The position numbers and the translations under genes were made by a program. A stretch of 64,000 nucleotides of DNA from the IMG/VR virus record IMGVR_UViG_3300014208_000033, positions 1 through 64,000 of that record. One strand, 5' to 3'. Positions 18,575 to 28,673 of this stretch are shown piece after piece. The stretch's first letter is position 1, and each line of letters opens with the position of its first letter. The notes under the pieces were generated by a model. It saw only the letters and a list, made by a program, of their open reading frames with translations, searched no databases and was not told the DNA's origin. Source of the DNA: a virus.

Positions 18575-20045
18575 GAATTTCATAACTAAGTCAAATGAAA
18601 AGTCGTCTTTTGCTGTCAATGCTAAGTTAAAGGGTTTGGCTACAAAAGAAGATTCGATGGACGCTACTGCTGCCAATACTCAGATTGGAGCAGTTACTTC
18701 TTCTGATAAGAATGGTGAGTATGAAGGGTATGCTCAGAACCCCGACTTGCTCATTCAGAAGAAAGGTCTTAGCGTTTATGACTACATGATGACTGACGAT
18801 CAGGTATTCATTTCTAGTGCCATTAAGAAGATCGCTCGTTTGTCAACTGACTTTGACGTGTACCCAAATGGAAAAGACGCTATCGATAAAGAGATTTCTG
18901 ATTTCGTCCGTTACAGTCTTTTCGAGAGCATGGATATCACGATCAGAGAGTTGATCTTCAACTTGATGACCGCACTTGATTACGGCTATGCAATTGCTGA
19001 GAAGGTTTGGAAGTACGAAGAGGTTGGTCCTTACAAGGGTAAGGTAGTCTTTAAGACTATCGCTCCTAAAGATCCTAAGGGTTTCCTTTTCGATAGAGAA
19101 GAGACTGGCGAACTGAAGAAGAACGGTATTGTTCAGAACACAGGTTGTCTTGTTTTCGGTAACTGGTCACAGGACCGAGACAAGATGAAGATGATGCCTC
19201 ATTATCCTACTGATAAGTTTGTCGTGTTCAGTTACAACTCAAAGTTCCGAAACCCTTATGGTATCTCTGACTTCCGTTCCGGTTATCGAGCGTGGATCTC
19301 CAAGGATATCATCTCTAAGATTTGGAATATGTATCTTGAGAATTACGGCTCACCTATTGCGATGTGTGAAGTTCCTGCCGGTGCTGATAGTGAAGACATT
19401 ACGAAAATGCAATCTGTTCTGAGTTCATTGCAGCATCGTTCTTCGTTTACTTATCCTGCGGGTTTCAAGCCTGGATTTATGGAGTCAATGCGTCCTGCTA
19501 CTCCTGGATTTGAGAAGAAGATCGGTATTGAAAATGGAGCACTTGTTCGTTCCTCTGCTCTACCTGAGTTGCTGGGTTTTTCTGGCGGTTTTGGTACTGG
19601 TGGATCTTACGGATTAGGTAAGACACAGTATGATATGTTCATTATGTTACTGGACTTCATTGGTCTGATTATCGAAGAGACGATCTTTGAGAAGCAGATC
19701 ATCAAGCCGTTAGTTGATATGAACTTTCCTGATGTTAAGCGTTATCCGATATTCAAGTTCTCTTCGATGAAGCGTGAGACTCGCAAGGACAGGGCTCAGA
19801 TCCTTCAGATACTTACTTCATCTGGTATTATTACTCATCGCGCTCCGTGGATGCTTGGTTTCGTTGATCTTCCTATTCAGCAGGAAGAGTTCCACGGTTC
19901 TGGTGAGGAGATAATCCTTCCTGGTAAGGGTCAGCAAGATCCTATTGGCTCAACCGATGGATTACCGGATGAACGCGGTGCTACTAGAAGTGGTAGTGAT
20001 GAACAGTCAATAACCGACGATAGTAACCCGAACGTTAAGGATTGA
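18564..20045 (+). CDS. Portal protein (Mu gp29/DUF935-like)
   Basis: Follows terL; ALDYGYAIAEKVW, NPYG.S, YLENYGSP, IIKPLVDMNF. Confidence 0.9.
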   Translation: MKAKNFITKSNEKSSFAVNAKLKGLATKEDSMDATAANTQIGAVTSSDKNGEYEGYAQNPDLLIQKKGLSVYDYMMTDDQVFISSAIKKIARLSTDFDVYPNGKDAIDKEISDFVRYSLFESMDITIRELIFNLMTALDYGYAIAEKVWKYEEVGPYKGKVVFKTIAPKDPKGFLFDREETGELKKNGIVQNTGCLVFGNWSQDRDKMKMMPHYPTDKFVVFSYNSKFRNPYGISDFRSGYRAWISKDIISKIWNMYLENYGSPIAMCEVPAGADSEDITKMQSVLSSLQHRSSFTYPAGFKPGFMESMRPATPGFEKKIGIENGALVRSSALPELLGFSGGFGTGGSYGLGKTQYDMFIMLLDFIGLIIEETIFEKQIIKPLVDMNFPDVKRYPIFKFSSMKRETRKDRAQILQILTSSGIITHRAPWMLGFVDLPIQQEEFHGSGEEIILPGKGQQDPIGSTDGLPDERGATRSGSDEQSITDDSNPNVKD

Positions 20046-20046
20046 T

Positions 20047-20238
20047 ATGAAAAAGGTCAGAAGCAACAATACCAATAACATCAAGTATATGGATGCTATT
20101 TGTGTTAAGTTAGCTGAGATGATGAAAGAGGGGGAGTATAAAGAACTCCACTTCTGTATCAAGTTTGCTGACGGGGTTATCCAGTCAGCAAGCATTAAGC
20201 CTTTCGCAAAAGGTGACGCTATAAGGATCGAGATATGA
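20047..20238 (+). CDS. Hypothetical protein
   Basis: AAGGA RBS; ATGA-coupled to purB. Confidence 0.55.
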   Translation: MKKVRSNNTNNIKYMDAICVKLAEMMKEGEYKELHFCIKFADGVIQSASIKPFAKGDAIRIEI

Positions 20239-21524
20239 TCGACAGGTATTGCACAGAGCGAATGAGGTTAGTGTGGTCTGAGAAATCTAAGTACGACACC
20301 TGGCTTTCAATCGAGTTAGCGTTAGTCAGAGCATTGAAGAAGATGGGTAAGCTCTCTCAGGAAGAGTTAGAAGTCATTGAGCGTCGTGCAAGTTACGAAA
20401 TTTCGGAAATCGTAACCTTAGAGAAAGAACTAAGGCACGATGTTGCTGCATTCGTTAGAAACGTTGAAGAGAGAATCAACACATCTGAAAAGCTTGGTCG
20501 TTTCATTCATTACGGGATTACTTCTTCTGATGTTGTTGACACAGCTAACGCCGTCCTTTGCGTGAAGTCTCTGAATATTCTCATTGGCTCAATCGATAAA
20601 GCGATGATTCTTCTAAAGGCTCTCGCTTGCAATTACATTCACGATAAGATGATGGGGAGAACGCATGGGCAGCATGCTGTTCCCATTACCTTCGGTCTTA
20701 AAGTCGGATCTTGGTTCACCTTCTTAAAGCGTTCACGCCAGCGCGTCATAAACGCTAAGAATGAAATTGCTGTTGGTAAACTTTCTGGTCCTGTTGGTTC
20801 GTGTTGCTACCTTCCTCCTAGTATGGAGGGTGAAGTTCTTTCTGAGTTCTGCTTGACTCCAGAGCCTATTGCTACTCAAGTCGTCGCAAGAGATCGTTAC
20901 GCCTCGTTAGTATCATCTCTCGCTATTATGGCCTCATCGATTGAGAAAATCTGCACTGACATTCGTTCCTTAGCTCGTTCCGAAATTTCGGAACTCTCAG
21001 AGGGTTATGGGGTTAACCAGCGCGGCTCGTCGTGCATGTCACACAAGAAAAACCCCATCTCTTGCGAGCAGCTTTGTGGGTTAGCCAGGATAATGAGGTC
21101 TTACGTCAATGTTTCGATGGAAAACATTGTTCTTTGTGATGAGAGAGATATCAGTAACTCTTCTGTTGAACGCATTATGCTTCCTGATGTGTTTAACCTC
21201 TCTCATTATATGCTTGACTCTTTTTCATCGATAATTGAAAACCTCACTGTTAACACCTACGCTATGAATTACAACTGTGGTGAAGGCGAAGCTAAGTGGT
21301 CAAGCGGTGCTATCCTTCTCAAGCTCATTGATTACGGGTTCTCACGGGATGAAGCTCATAAACTTGTGCAAAGTTCATTGGAGATGTACGGCTCATTCGA
21401 TCCTTCATCTTGTCTTGACTCATTTGATAAGGATGATTTTGAGAAGTGCTGTGATGTTGGTATGCATATCAGATTTATAGAGCTTATCTTGAACAGAGGT
21501 GGGATCGACACCAAATTAAGGTGA
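20235..21524 (+). CDS. purB: Adenylosuccinate lyase
   Basis: MIDRY, RHDV, HYGITSSD, GRTHGQHA, GSSCMSHKKNP, ERDISNSSVER. Confidence 0.95.
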   Translation: MIDRYCTERMRLVWSEKSKYDTWLSIELALVRALKKMGKLSQEELEVIERRASYEISEIVTLEKELRHDVAAFVRNVEERINTSEKLGRFIHYGITSSDVVDTANAVLCVKSLNILIGSIDKAMILLKALACNYIHDKMMGRTHGQHAVPITFGLKVGSWFTFLKRSRQRVINAKNEIAVGKLSGPVGSCCYLPPSMEGEVLSEFCLTPEPIATQVVARDRYASLVSSLAIMASSIEKICTDIRSLARSEISELSEGYGVNQRGSSCMSHKKNPISCEQLCGLARIMRSYVNVSMENIVLCDERDISNSSVERIMLPDVFNLSHYMLDSFSSIIENLTVNTYAMNYNCGEGEAKWSSGAILLKLIDYGFSRDEAHKLVQSSLEMYGSFDPSSCLDSFDKDDFEKCCDVGMHIRFIELILNRGGIDTKLR

Positions 21525-21549
21525 GTAAACACTAAAGAAATACTGATAC

Positions 21550-21560
21550 CTATTATATAA
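21550..21560 (+). promoter_or_regulatory. Putative late promoter box CTATTATATAA
   Basis: Repeat of the 17140 motif. Confidence 0.55.
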
Positions 21561-21648
21561 TGTAGGTATCTGAGAAAGTAGTTCTTTACCCGTTTCTTAC
21601 TATATTCTCTCAGAGCCTTCTTACTAAGATTTAGAAACGAGGAAGTTA

Positions 21649-23184
21649 ATGAACTCAACTTATGAATACTATGAACGTATTTATAATAGAGTTAAGATAG
21701 GTCATCTTAAGTACATCGTACTTCCGTATGAGTCTCCACTTAAGATTAACCTAAAGTGTAATAAGTATAACGAGGACTTGTTTGTTGATCTTCAGTTTCA
21801 TATGCCAGCAAAGCCTTGGAGTTTTTCAAACTATCAACATCTTCACTCTGTAACTGAAGATATAAGAGCTAAGTTATTTCCAGGTGTTTCTGATTATTTT
21901 ATATATCAGATTAAGAAAGTGAGTAACAAAATGGCGGCTTCAATGAAGATGATCTCCCGTGAGAGAATCTTCAGAACAGGAACTTGGAAAGGTCAAAAGT
22001 ACACTCTTAATGATCTTGATGATATGATTGAGAACTTCAATGATCTCAAAGACACCTATCAGCCTTCTCTGAAGTGTGGTCACGACGACACTTCTAAAGA
22101 GGAAGCACTTGGTTGGGTCACTGATCTGTATAAAGAAGATGAGTGGTTGTTAGGGGATTTCTCATTCCCCATTGATATATTTGAGTCACATATAAAGACT
22201 CAGAAACTTCGTTTCAAGTCTTGTGAGATTGTTAGAAATTCTGAGTATGCTGGTAAGAAGCGTAAGAACTTTCTTACTGCTGTGGCTCTGTTAGGTGTTA
22301 ATCCCCCTTGTGTCTCTGGCCTCAAATCTATTCATTTTTCAGATTCAACTAAAGCCGAATTTATAAACAAGTTTGATTTCGACACAGAGTTAGAAAAAGA
22401 AATGGAAGATACTACAGATAAGAAAGGAAATGTAATGGCTGAGGTTATCAAGACTGATGAAGTGAAACCTGATACTTCAGAGGTGAAGATTGAGACTCCT
22501 GTGGTTACTCCTGAGGTGAAGGTTGAAACTCCCGTTGTTCCCGCTCCTGTTGTTGAAGCTAAGGTTGAGACTCCTGCTGAGGTTCCAGCTCCTGTTGTTG
22601 AGACTAAGCTTGAGGTTCCCGTTCTGGATACTTTCAAGGCTAAGTTTGATGAGATGAAGATGGCTTCTGATACTGAGATTGCTAAACTTAGGGCTGACTT
22701 AGACGCGGCTAATAAACTTGCTGCTGATAACGCCACCAAGGTTGAGCTTTTCAAGTATCAGGCTATGCTTGGTGATATTTCTAATTTCACTGAGAATCTT
22801 GTTCGCAATGGTAATCTGATGCCTAAGAATAAGGCTCAGGTTGTTGCAGTTCTTGAGGCTCTTACTGTTAGTGCTCAGAAGGTTAAGTTCTCTGAGAAAG
22901 AGACTCCTGCTTTGGATATCTTCAAGGCTTTCCTTGGTGGTATCAAGCAGGTTGAGTTCAAGGAACTCGCTTCTGATACTTCAGTGAAGGATGATCCTAT
23001 TAGTCCTCCTTCGATGACTGAGCCTAAGAAATACATGAAGATCGGTGAGCACGATTATAGCATTGAGAATGCTGCTATTGCCGAGAAGGCTAAGATGTTA
23101 GTTGATGAAGCTACTAAGTCTGGTAAGAAGATCGATCTTGAAGAGGCTTTCGTTCAGGCCGAACGCGAAGTCAATAAGAAGTAA
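21649..23184 (+). CDS. Prohead protease/scaffold (Mu gpI-like)
   Basis: IFRTGTW, LKCGH, ALGWV, S.EI, LTAVALLG..PP.V.GL, then a Pro/Glu-rich scaffold; alternative start at 21931. Confidence 0.85.
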   Translation: MNSTYEYYERIYNRVKIGHLKYIVLPYESPLKINLKCNKYNEDLFVDLQFHMPAKPWSFSNYQHLHSVTEDIRAKLFPGVSDYFIYQIKKVSNKMAASMKMISRERIFRTGTWKGQKYTLNDLDDMIENFNDLKDTYQPSLKCGHDDTSKEEALGWVTDLYKEDEWLLGDFSFPIDIFESHIKTQKLRFKSCEIVRNSEYAGKKRKNFLTAVALLGVNPPCVSGLKSIHFSDSTKAEFINKFDFDTELEKEMEDTTDKKGNVMAEVIKTDEVKPDTSEVKIETPVVTPEVKVETPVVPAPVVEAKVETPAEVPAPVVETKLEVPVLDTFKAKFDEMKMASDTEIAKLRADLDAANKLAADNATKVELFKYQAMLGDISNFTENLVRNGNLMPKNKAQVVAVLEALTVSAQKVKFSEKETPALDIFKAFLGGIKQVEFKELASDTSVKDDPISPPSMTEPKKYMKIGEHDYSIENAAIAEKAKMLVDEATKSGKKIDLEEAFVQAEREVNKK

Positions 23185-23201
23185 GAAAGGGAGATTCTAA
23201 A

Positions 23202-23600
23202 ATGGCTGGCGAGTCAACTGCCAAGGCTACTGTTATCTCGATGAAGTGTCAGACGGCTGACATTACGAAGAAGTATCTGCTCAAGATTAACCCCGCTGCT
23301 CCTGATTACGTTCTGCATCCTTCTGCCGTTGGTGAGTGCTGCATCGGTATCGCTATGGACGGCGCCGACATTTCCGAAGGCGATATCCATGTTCCCGTTG
23401 GTCTGTTAACTGGTGGCGGTACGTTTGTTGGTCTGTCGTCAACTGACATTACCGCTGGTGCGCTTCTGATGACGGATGCCGTTGGTAAGCTGATTACTTA
23501 CGCTTCGTCAGGCACACGCTATATCGTTGGAATTGCTATGGAGACTGTTACTGGCGCCGATAAAGACGTTCTGTTTGCTCCGTTTGTTCAGAAAGCCTAA
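23202..23600 (+). CDS. Capsid cement/decoration protein (DUF2190-like), copy 1
   Basis: Lies before the MCP; IGIA, ITAG.LLMTD.VG, IVGIA.E. Confidence 0.75.
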   Translation: MAGESTAKATVISMKCQTADITKKYLLKINPAAPDYVLHPSAVGECCIGIAMDGADISEGDIHVPVGLLTGGGTFVGLSSTDITAGALLMTDAVGKLITYASSGTRYIVGIAMETVTGADKDVLFAPFVQKA

Positions 23601-23635
23601 TTCATTGTAACTGTTTCAGAAAGAGGTGATATAAC

Positions 23636-24034
23636 TTGGCCGGTGAATCAACTGCTAAAGCTACTGTTATTTCGATGTGTTGCTCTACTGCTATTACTAA
23701 GGGTTACTTACTGTGGCTGAAAACTGCTACTCCTGATTACGTCAAAGCCGCTTCGGCTGCTGGCGCTCAGTGTATCGGTTTGGCTATGGACTCAGCTACT
23801 ACTGATGACGCTACCGTTCCCGTTGCTCTGTTAAACGGTGGCGGTACTCTTTGCGGCGTCGTTGGTGCTGCCATTACTGCTGGTGGCGTCCTGATGACGG
23901 ATAACGTTGGTAGGCTGACACCTTGGGTTAACGGCGGCGGTACTGTGTACATCGTTGGTATCGCTCTCGAAAGCTCAAGCACAGTTGGTGCTAGTCTGCT
24001 CTTTGCTCCTATGATCCAGGTCACTGTTGTTTAA
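23636..24034 (+). CDS. Capsid cement/decoration protein (DUF2190-like), copy 2, TTG start
   Basis: 132-aa paralog; first 14 residues identical to copy 1. Confidence 0.75.
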   Translation: MAGESTAKATVISMCCSTAITKGYLLWLKTATPDYVKAASAAGAQCIGLAMDSATTDDATVPVALLNGGGTLCGVVGAAITAGGVLMTDNVGRLTPWVNGGGTVYIVGIALESSSTVGASLLFAPMIQVTVV

Positions 24035-24079
24035 GTTTTCCGAAAATTCGTAATTTAGAAAGAGAAAGGTGCTTTCAGC

Positions 24080-25018
24080 ATGTCAGTGATGAAAGATGTT
24101 CATGTTGATGCTGCGTTAACTAACTTCGCCCTTCAGCTTCCCGCCGAGCAGGATTTTATTGCGGATCTCGTTTGCCCGATTATCCCCGTCATGAAGGAGT
24201 CGGACAAGTATTACAAGTTCAATCGTGAGGAACTGAAGCCCGTTGATACCTATCGTGCCGATGGCGCTGAGGCTAAGGAATTCAGTTGGACTCAGACGAC
24301 TGATACCTATTCCTGTTCAGAGCATGCTCTGAAGGCTCACGTTACGGATCGTCGAATTGCTAATAGCGACTCCGCTATTCGCCCTCGCACCCGCACCGTG
24401 ACCAAGCTCTCCCGCGCCCTCAGGCTCGCGCGTGAGCGCCGCGTTCAGACCCTCATGCAGACTGGCGCTAACTGGGCCGCTTCCGCTCATCCGTCGAATC
24501 ACTGGGATGAGGCTTCGGCTGATCCTGAGGCTGACGTGCATTCGGCTCGTTCAGCGTTTCTGCTCCAGGCTGGCGTGTATCCTAACACGATCATCATCAA
24601 TGATGTTGTTCGTGATACGGTTGTGCGCTGGCTCAAGGCTCAGGCTGATGGTATCACGCTGATGGAGTTCATGGCTGCTGACGCTAATGTTATCGGCAAG
24701 CAGAGTTCGTTCTTCAAGGGCCTCTTTGGTATTCCTAACTGGATCGTTGGCTCGTCAGTGTACGATAGCGCCGCCCTCGGCGTTGCCACTGAGTCAATGG
24801 CTCGCGTGTGGAACGACTCGGCTGTGCTCCTCTATGTTGATCCCAATCCCGACATGGAGACGGCTTCGGCTGCTTATACGTTCCAGTCCCGCAATTCAAT
24901 CGTCAAGGCTTGGCGCGACGAGTCCCGCAACCTGGAGTGGATCGAGACTTCCCACGTTCTCACTGAGGAGATCGTGTCCAACCTTTGCGGCTATATGATC
25001 TATAACGTTAACGGCTAA
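24080..25018 (+). CDS. Major capsid protein
   Basis: Position, strongly biased codon usage, HVDAALTN...FIAD.VCP.IPV.K..DKYY pattern. Confidence 0.88.
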   Translation: MSVMKDVHVDAALTNFALQLPAEQDFIADLVCPIIPVMKESDKYYKFNREELKPVDTYRADGAEAKEFSWTQTTDTYSCSEHALKAHVTDRRIANSDSAIRPRTRTVTKLSRALRLARERRVQTLMQTGANWAASAHPSNHWDEASADPEADVHSARSAFLLQAGVYPNTIIINDVVRDTVVRWLKAQADGITLMEFMAADANVIGKQSSFFKGLFGIPNWIVGSSVYDSAALGVATESMARVWNDSAVLLYVDPNPDMETASAAYTFQSRNSIVKAWRDESRNLEWIETSHVLTEEIVSNLCGYMIYNVNG

Positions 25019-25027
25019 GAGTAACTA

Positions 25028-25055
25028 ACTGGCGGGGGAAAAATCCCCCGCCAGT
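25028..25055 (+). terminator. Hairpin after the MCP gene
   Basis: ACTGGCGGGGGA-AAAA-TCCCCCGCCAGT. Confidence 0.8.
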
Positions 25056-25092
25056 ATTATGTACTGGTCTATCAATAGAATACGGGGAAACA

Positions 25093-25494
25093 ATGTATAA
25101 GTATTTCAGATTTGTTAGTAATACCATTTACAAGGGTACTATCTATAAGAAGGGCACTTGCATGAAGGAGTGCCACAATGATAATGATCTCAAGTATATG
25201 TGCTTCTATAAGAGTGTCGGTTGTGAAGAAGATTCAAATGCTGTTGAGATAACTGAAGCTGATTATCTCAAGTTCAAGAATGTTGTTAAGGCTAATCTTC
25301 CCCCTCCTGTTGAGACTAAGAATGTTAATCTTATTCAGGTTCTTGAAGTTCCTAAGGATATCGTTAAGTCAGAAGTAGAGTTTGATGAAGACAATTTAGA
25401 GGAAAACGATCAGGTTTTAGTTCCTGCTGATGTTCCTTCATCCGAACCAGAAGATGAAGAGGAAAAGCCTGTTAAAGCTAAAAGGAAGAAGTAA
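25093..25494 (+). CDS. Hypothetical protein (post-capsid)
   Basis: GGGG RBS; acidic then basic tail. Confidence 0.7.
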   Translation: MYKYFRFVSNTIYKGTIYKKGTCMKECHNDNDLKYMCFYKSVGCEEDSNAVEITEADYLKFKNVVKANLPPPVETKNVNLIQVLEVPKDIVKSEVEFDEDNLEENDQVLVPADVPSSEPEDEEEKPVKAKRKK

Positions 25495-25995
25495 ATGTCT
25501 TATATAGCTGTTGCTAGTGTTCGTAGAGCTATGGGCGGTATAGCTTCAGCTTCAATTCCTGATAGTACAATTTCAGCTAATATCGAATATGCTGATAGTG
25601 AGATTGACAACTATCTTTGTAATAGGTACGCTACTCCTCTTAATCCTATTCCTAAGGTGATTGCCAACTTCTCTAAGATAATGTCAGTGTATTACATTGT
25701 TGCTGAAGCGTTTGCTACTGGTACTGTTCCTGTTGCTTGGGACACTATCAAAGATCAGTATGACAGAGTTATCAAGCGACTTATTTCTATTTCAGAAGGT
25801 AAACTTTCAATAGCTACTGCCGTTAAGCTCGCCTCAACAGCTTCCAAGATTCGTTCATCTACTGAAGATATCAGAAAGACGTTTGATCTTGATGATGAAC
25901 TTAACTGGGGTGTTGATGGTATTGATCTTGACAGAGTGGCTGATGAAAGAGATGATAGAGAATCAAGACTTTCACAAGAGTCCGGTGATGACTGA
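25495..25995 (+). CDS. Head-tail adaptor (Mu gp36/DUF1320-like)
   Basis: A.SEIDNYL..RY.TPL...Y..VIK.L..IS.GK. Confidence 0.8.
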   Translation: MSYIAVASVRRAMGGIASASIPDSTISANIEYADSEIDNYLCNRYATPLNPIPKVIANFSKIMSVYYIVAEAFATGTVPVAWDTIKDQYDRVIKRLISISEGKLSIATAVKLASTASKIRSSTEDIRKTFDLDDELNWGVDGIDLDRVADERDDRESRLSQESGDD

Positions 25996-26543
25996 TGATG
26001 ATATCTAGGTCAAGTCTATATGGTTTCAAGGTTGACATAAGTAATGCAGACCTTCTAAAACCTTTGACCAAGGATATGACCTATGATCTAACTCAGCCAT
26101 TTGAAAAAATCCGTACTATGATGTATGCTATGATCAACTCTCATTTTCAAAATGAGATGAATCCAATTGGTGCTTGGAACGCATTAAAACCAAACACTCT
26201 GATGTTGAAGTCTCTTGGTATCGCTAGATTAGGAACTAAGAGAGGCGGCTTTAAGCCTAACTTATACGGGATGAAAGCCATGATGGGTAGTGGAAGTTAC
26301 TACAACAGCTTACAGAAGTCTGGAAATCCACTACACAAGTTCAACGCTGTTGGAAATAGAAAGATGATCTCAATTGGAAGTAATGATCCTGCTGTGAGTA
26401 ATGAGTGGGGTAAGATAAACGCTTCTAAGATATTCAGAGGAGCGTATGTACCTCAGCGTTCAGTTCTTTGGTTTGATGAGATGTTCGTTGAAAACGCTGC
26501 TGAAGTGCTGATAGATCATTTCAATGAGATATTGGAGGTTTAG
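25995..26543 (+). CDS. Virion morphogenesis protein (Mu gpG-like)
   Basis: F..E..P...W..L...T, IGSN, VPQR motifs and position. Confidence 0.7.
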   Translation: MMISRSSLYGFKVDISNADLLKPLTKDMTYDLTQPFEKIRTMMYAMINSHFQNEMNPIGAWNALKPNTLMLKSLGIARLGTKRGGFKPNLYGMKAMMGSGSYYNSLQKSGNPLHKFNAVGNRKMISIGSNDPAVSNEWGKINASKIFRGAYVPQRSVLWFDEMFVENAAEVLIDHFNEILEV

Positions 26544-27014
26544 ATGCCAACACCTGAGGTTGGTAACTTAAAGAGAATCATAGATCAACTTGAGACTATC
26601 TTAAAGACTATCACTACCTCCAACAGTTATAATACTAATGTTGGTGGTGTGTTTACAAAGATATCTCAATGGTTGACGTTCAATGATTGTCCTGCTATCT
26701 ACTTAGACTATGAAACTGGTGATGATGAACTCTACCCTGGCGAGCATTCTAAGATAGAGGACGGTTTCAAGCTCTATGTTAAGTTCCGCGAAACACTTGA
26801 AACTGATATGGATTTCAATAGCCAAATGGCTAAGTTCTTAAGAGACTTAAGAACATTGCTCTATAAGAACAATCCAACTCTTAAAGAAACTGCTACTGGA
26901 ACTGCTCTTGTTAGTAGAATGAAAATAGGTAAGAGAGACACAAACAAGACAGACTTTCAACCATTTGGAATTCTTACAGTAAACGTTGAAGTTACTTACT
27001 GTGAAGACTTCTAA
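26544..27014 (+). CDS. Tail terminator-like protein
   Basis: Position before the tube gene; L.TI...N.Y.T, PAIY. Confidence 0.65.
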   Translation: MPTPEVGNLKRIIDQLETILKTITTSNSYNTNVGGVFTKISQWLTFNDCPAIYLDYETGDDELYPGEHSKIEDGFKLYVKFRETLETDMDFNSQMAKFLRDLRTLLYKNNPTLKETATGTALVSRMKIGKRDTNKTDFQPFGILTVNVEVTYCEDF

Positions 27015-27052
27015 TCATTATGGTGGATTAACACCTGGACGCAAGGATCTCG

Positions 27053-27063
27053 CTATTATATAA
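27053..27063 (+). promoter_or_regulatory. Putative late promoter box CTATTATATAA
   Basis: Third copy of the motif. Confidence 0.55.
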
Positions 27064-27092
27064 GTGGTGTTGACGAATAGAAAGAGGTTAAA

Positions 27093-28247
27093 ATGTCGGT
27101 TGGAAATCTCGGTGTCCCTGCTGGGTCACAGGAAGGTGTATACGTTAGTCCCGAAACAGTTTTCGGTACTTTCGTTAAGCCGACCACAGCCCACGGCCTC
27201 AGAGTTAAGAAATCAGTGTTTACTTGTACTCAGGAGAGAGTTAATCGACTTGATAAGAAACTCTCTCGATCAATTAACGAGCGCATCACTAGAAGGAAGA
27301 AAGCTGAGTGGTCTTTAACACTTTACGCTTGTCCTTCTGGTTCAGCCGGTGTCGCGGCTGATGACGATCAGTTAATTGAGTGTGTTCTTGGTGCTAAGGC
27401 TACTTCTGCTTCCACACATGTTCTGTATACTCCTTCTCTGACTTATGATACATCAGTTACTCTTCATCGTATCTGTGGTGATTACGCTCAGTCTCTTCCC
27501 GGTTCGATTGTGACCAAGATGGAAGTTCGCGTTAAGGGTGAGGATGAAGTTGAGATTGAGTATAGCGGCGAGTCTGCTGATTATATTCACACTCAGTCAA
27601 CTGTTACTTCAGCTTCAGCCGCTTCCGGCGCTTCTGCTATTACCGTTGCTGACGCGCATGACTATCTGATGGCTAATAGCATTATCAAGCTCGGAACTAA
27701 TGATAATGCTGGTGCTGGTTATACAGTCGTTTCTGTTTCTGGAACTACTGTGAATCTCGGCTCCGCTCTTACTGGTAACATCGCTTTAGCTGCTACAGTT
27801 GTTCCTTTCTTCGCCGCTAGCACAACTCATGGTGTTCCTCTTGGTTGTTTCCCTGGCACTATCAAGCTCGATACTGTGGAACACAAGTTCCGTGAGCTTA
27901 CCATCTCGATTGATAACAAGGCTAATATCCGTCGAGATACTTACGGCTCTGCTTCTGCTGATGGTTATACCGCCACTGACTTCCGTGAGATTACCGTTAA
28001 CGGCACTACTCACGCTCGCGCTGCTTACGGTAAGTGGATTGGTAAGTCTCAGCAGTTTGATGATGTTGCTATGGAAGTCACATTAGGTGATACCGCTGGT
28101 GCTCGTATCGTCATCACGATGCCTTATTGCGAGTTTGACGTTATTCCTATTGAGATCCCTGAGACGGATCTTTGTACGTTAACGTTCAAGGGTATCGCAA
28201 AGGCTACTGTTGCTGGTGAGAACGAAATCTCGATCAAGTACAACTAA
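27093..28247 (+). CDS. Major tail tube protein with an inserted beta-rich domain
   Basis: E..FG, terminal ENEISIKY, position before the chaperone and tape measure genes. Confidence 0.8.
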   Translation: MSVGNLGVPAGSQEGVYVSPETVFGTFVKPTTAHGLRVKKSVFTCTQERVNRLDKKLSRSINERITRRKKAEWSLTLYACPSGSAGVAADDDQLIECVLGAKATSASTHVLYTPSLTYDTSVTLHRICGDYAQSLPGSIVTKMEVRVKGEDEVEIEYSGESADYIHTQSTVTSASAASGASAITVADAHDYLMANSIIKLGTNDNAGAGYTVVSVSGTTVNLGSALTGNIALAATVVPFFAASTTHGVPLGCFPGTIKLDTVEHKFRELTISIDNKANIRRDTYGSASADGYTATDFREITVNGTTHARAAYGKWIGKSQQFDDVAMEVTLGDTAGARIVITMPYCEFDVIPIEIPETDLCTLTFKGIAKATVAGENEISIKYN

Positions 28248-28280
28248 CATTCATTAACCAGAAAGAAACGGGTACAGAAA

Positions 28281-28673
28281 ATGCTTATCACTCGCTACGA
28301 GGTCGGCCAGACAGTTGAGTATGTTCCTGACTATTGCGGTAATCGTGACCTCCCTAAAGAGGATCAGATGATCGCTGTTATCAAGCCTTTCTCGAATCAG
28401 GATGCCCAGCAGTATAAGAAGCTTCTGAAAGTCTATCCTGCTAAGAAGAAGGATGACGGTATTCAGACTAACAGCCAGGAAGTTCAGAAAATCATAGCTA
28501 TCAATCATATCGTTACGATCAAGAACTTCTCCTGGCAGGCTGCTGACGGTACTGTTGTTGCCTTCAAGGACGTTGCTGATTTCTACGATACCGCTCCTCC
28601 TGAGTTGGTTGAGGATATCCTTGAGGCGATCCAGAATCGGTCGCACCTCGACGAAGGTAAAAAAAAGGCTTAA
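28281..28673 (+). CDS. Tail assembly chaperone (G)
   Basis: Position; ends in slippery A AAA AAG. Confidence 0.8.
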   Translation: MLITRYEVGQTVEYVPDYCGNRDLPKEDQMIAVIKPFSNQDAQQYKKLLKVYPAKKKDDGIQTNSQEVQKIIAINHIVTIKNFSWQAADGTVVAFKDVADFYDTAPPELVEDILEAIQNRSHLDEGKKKA

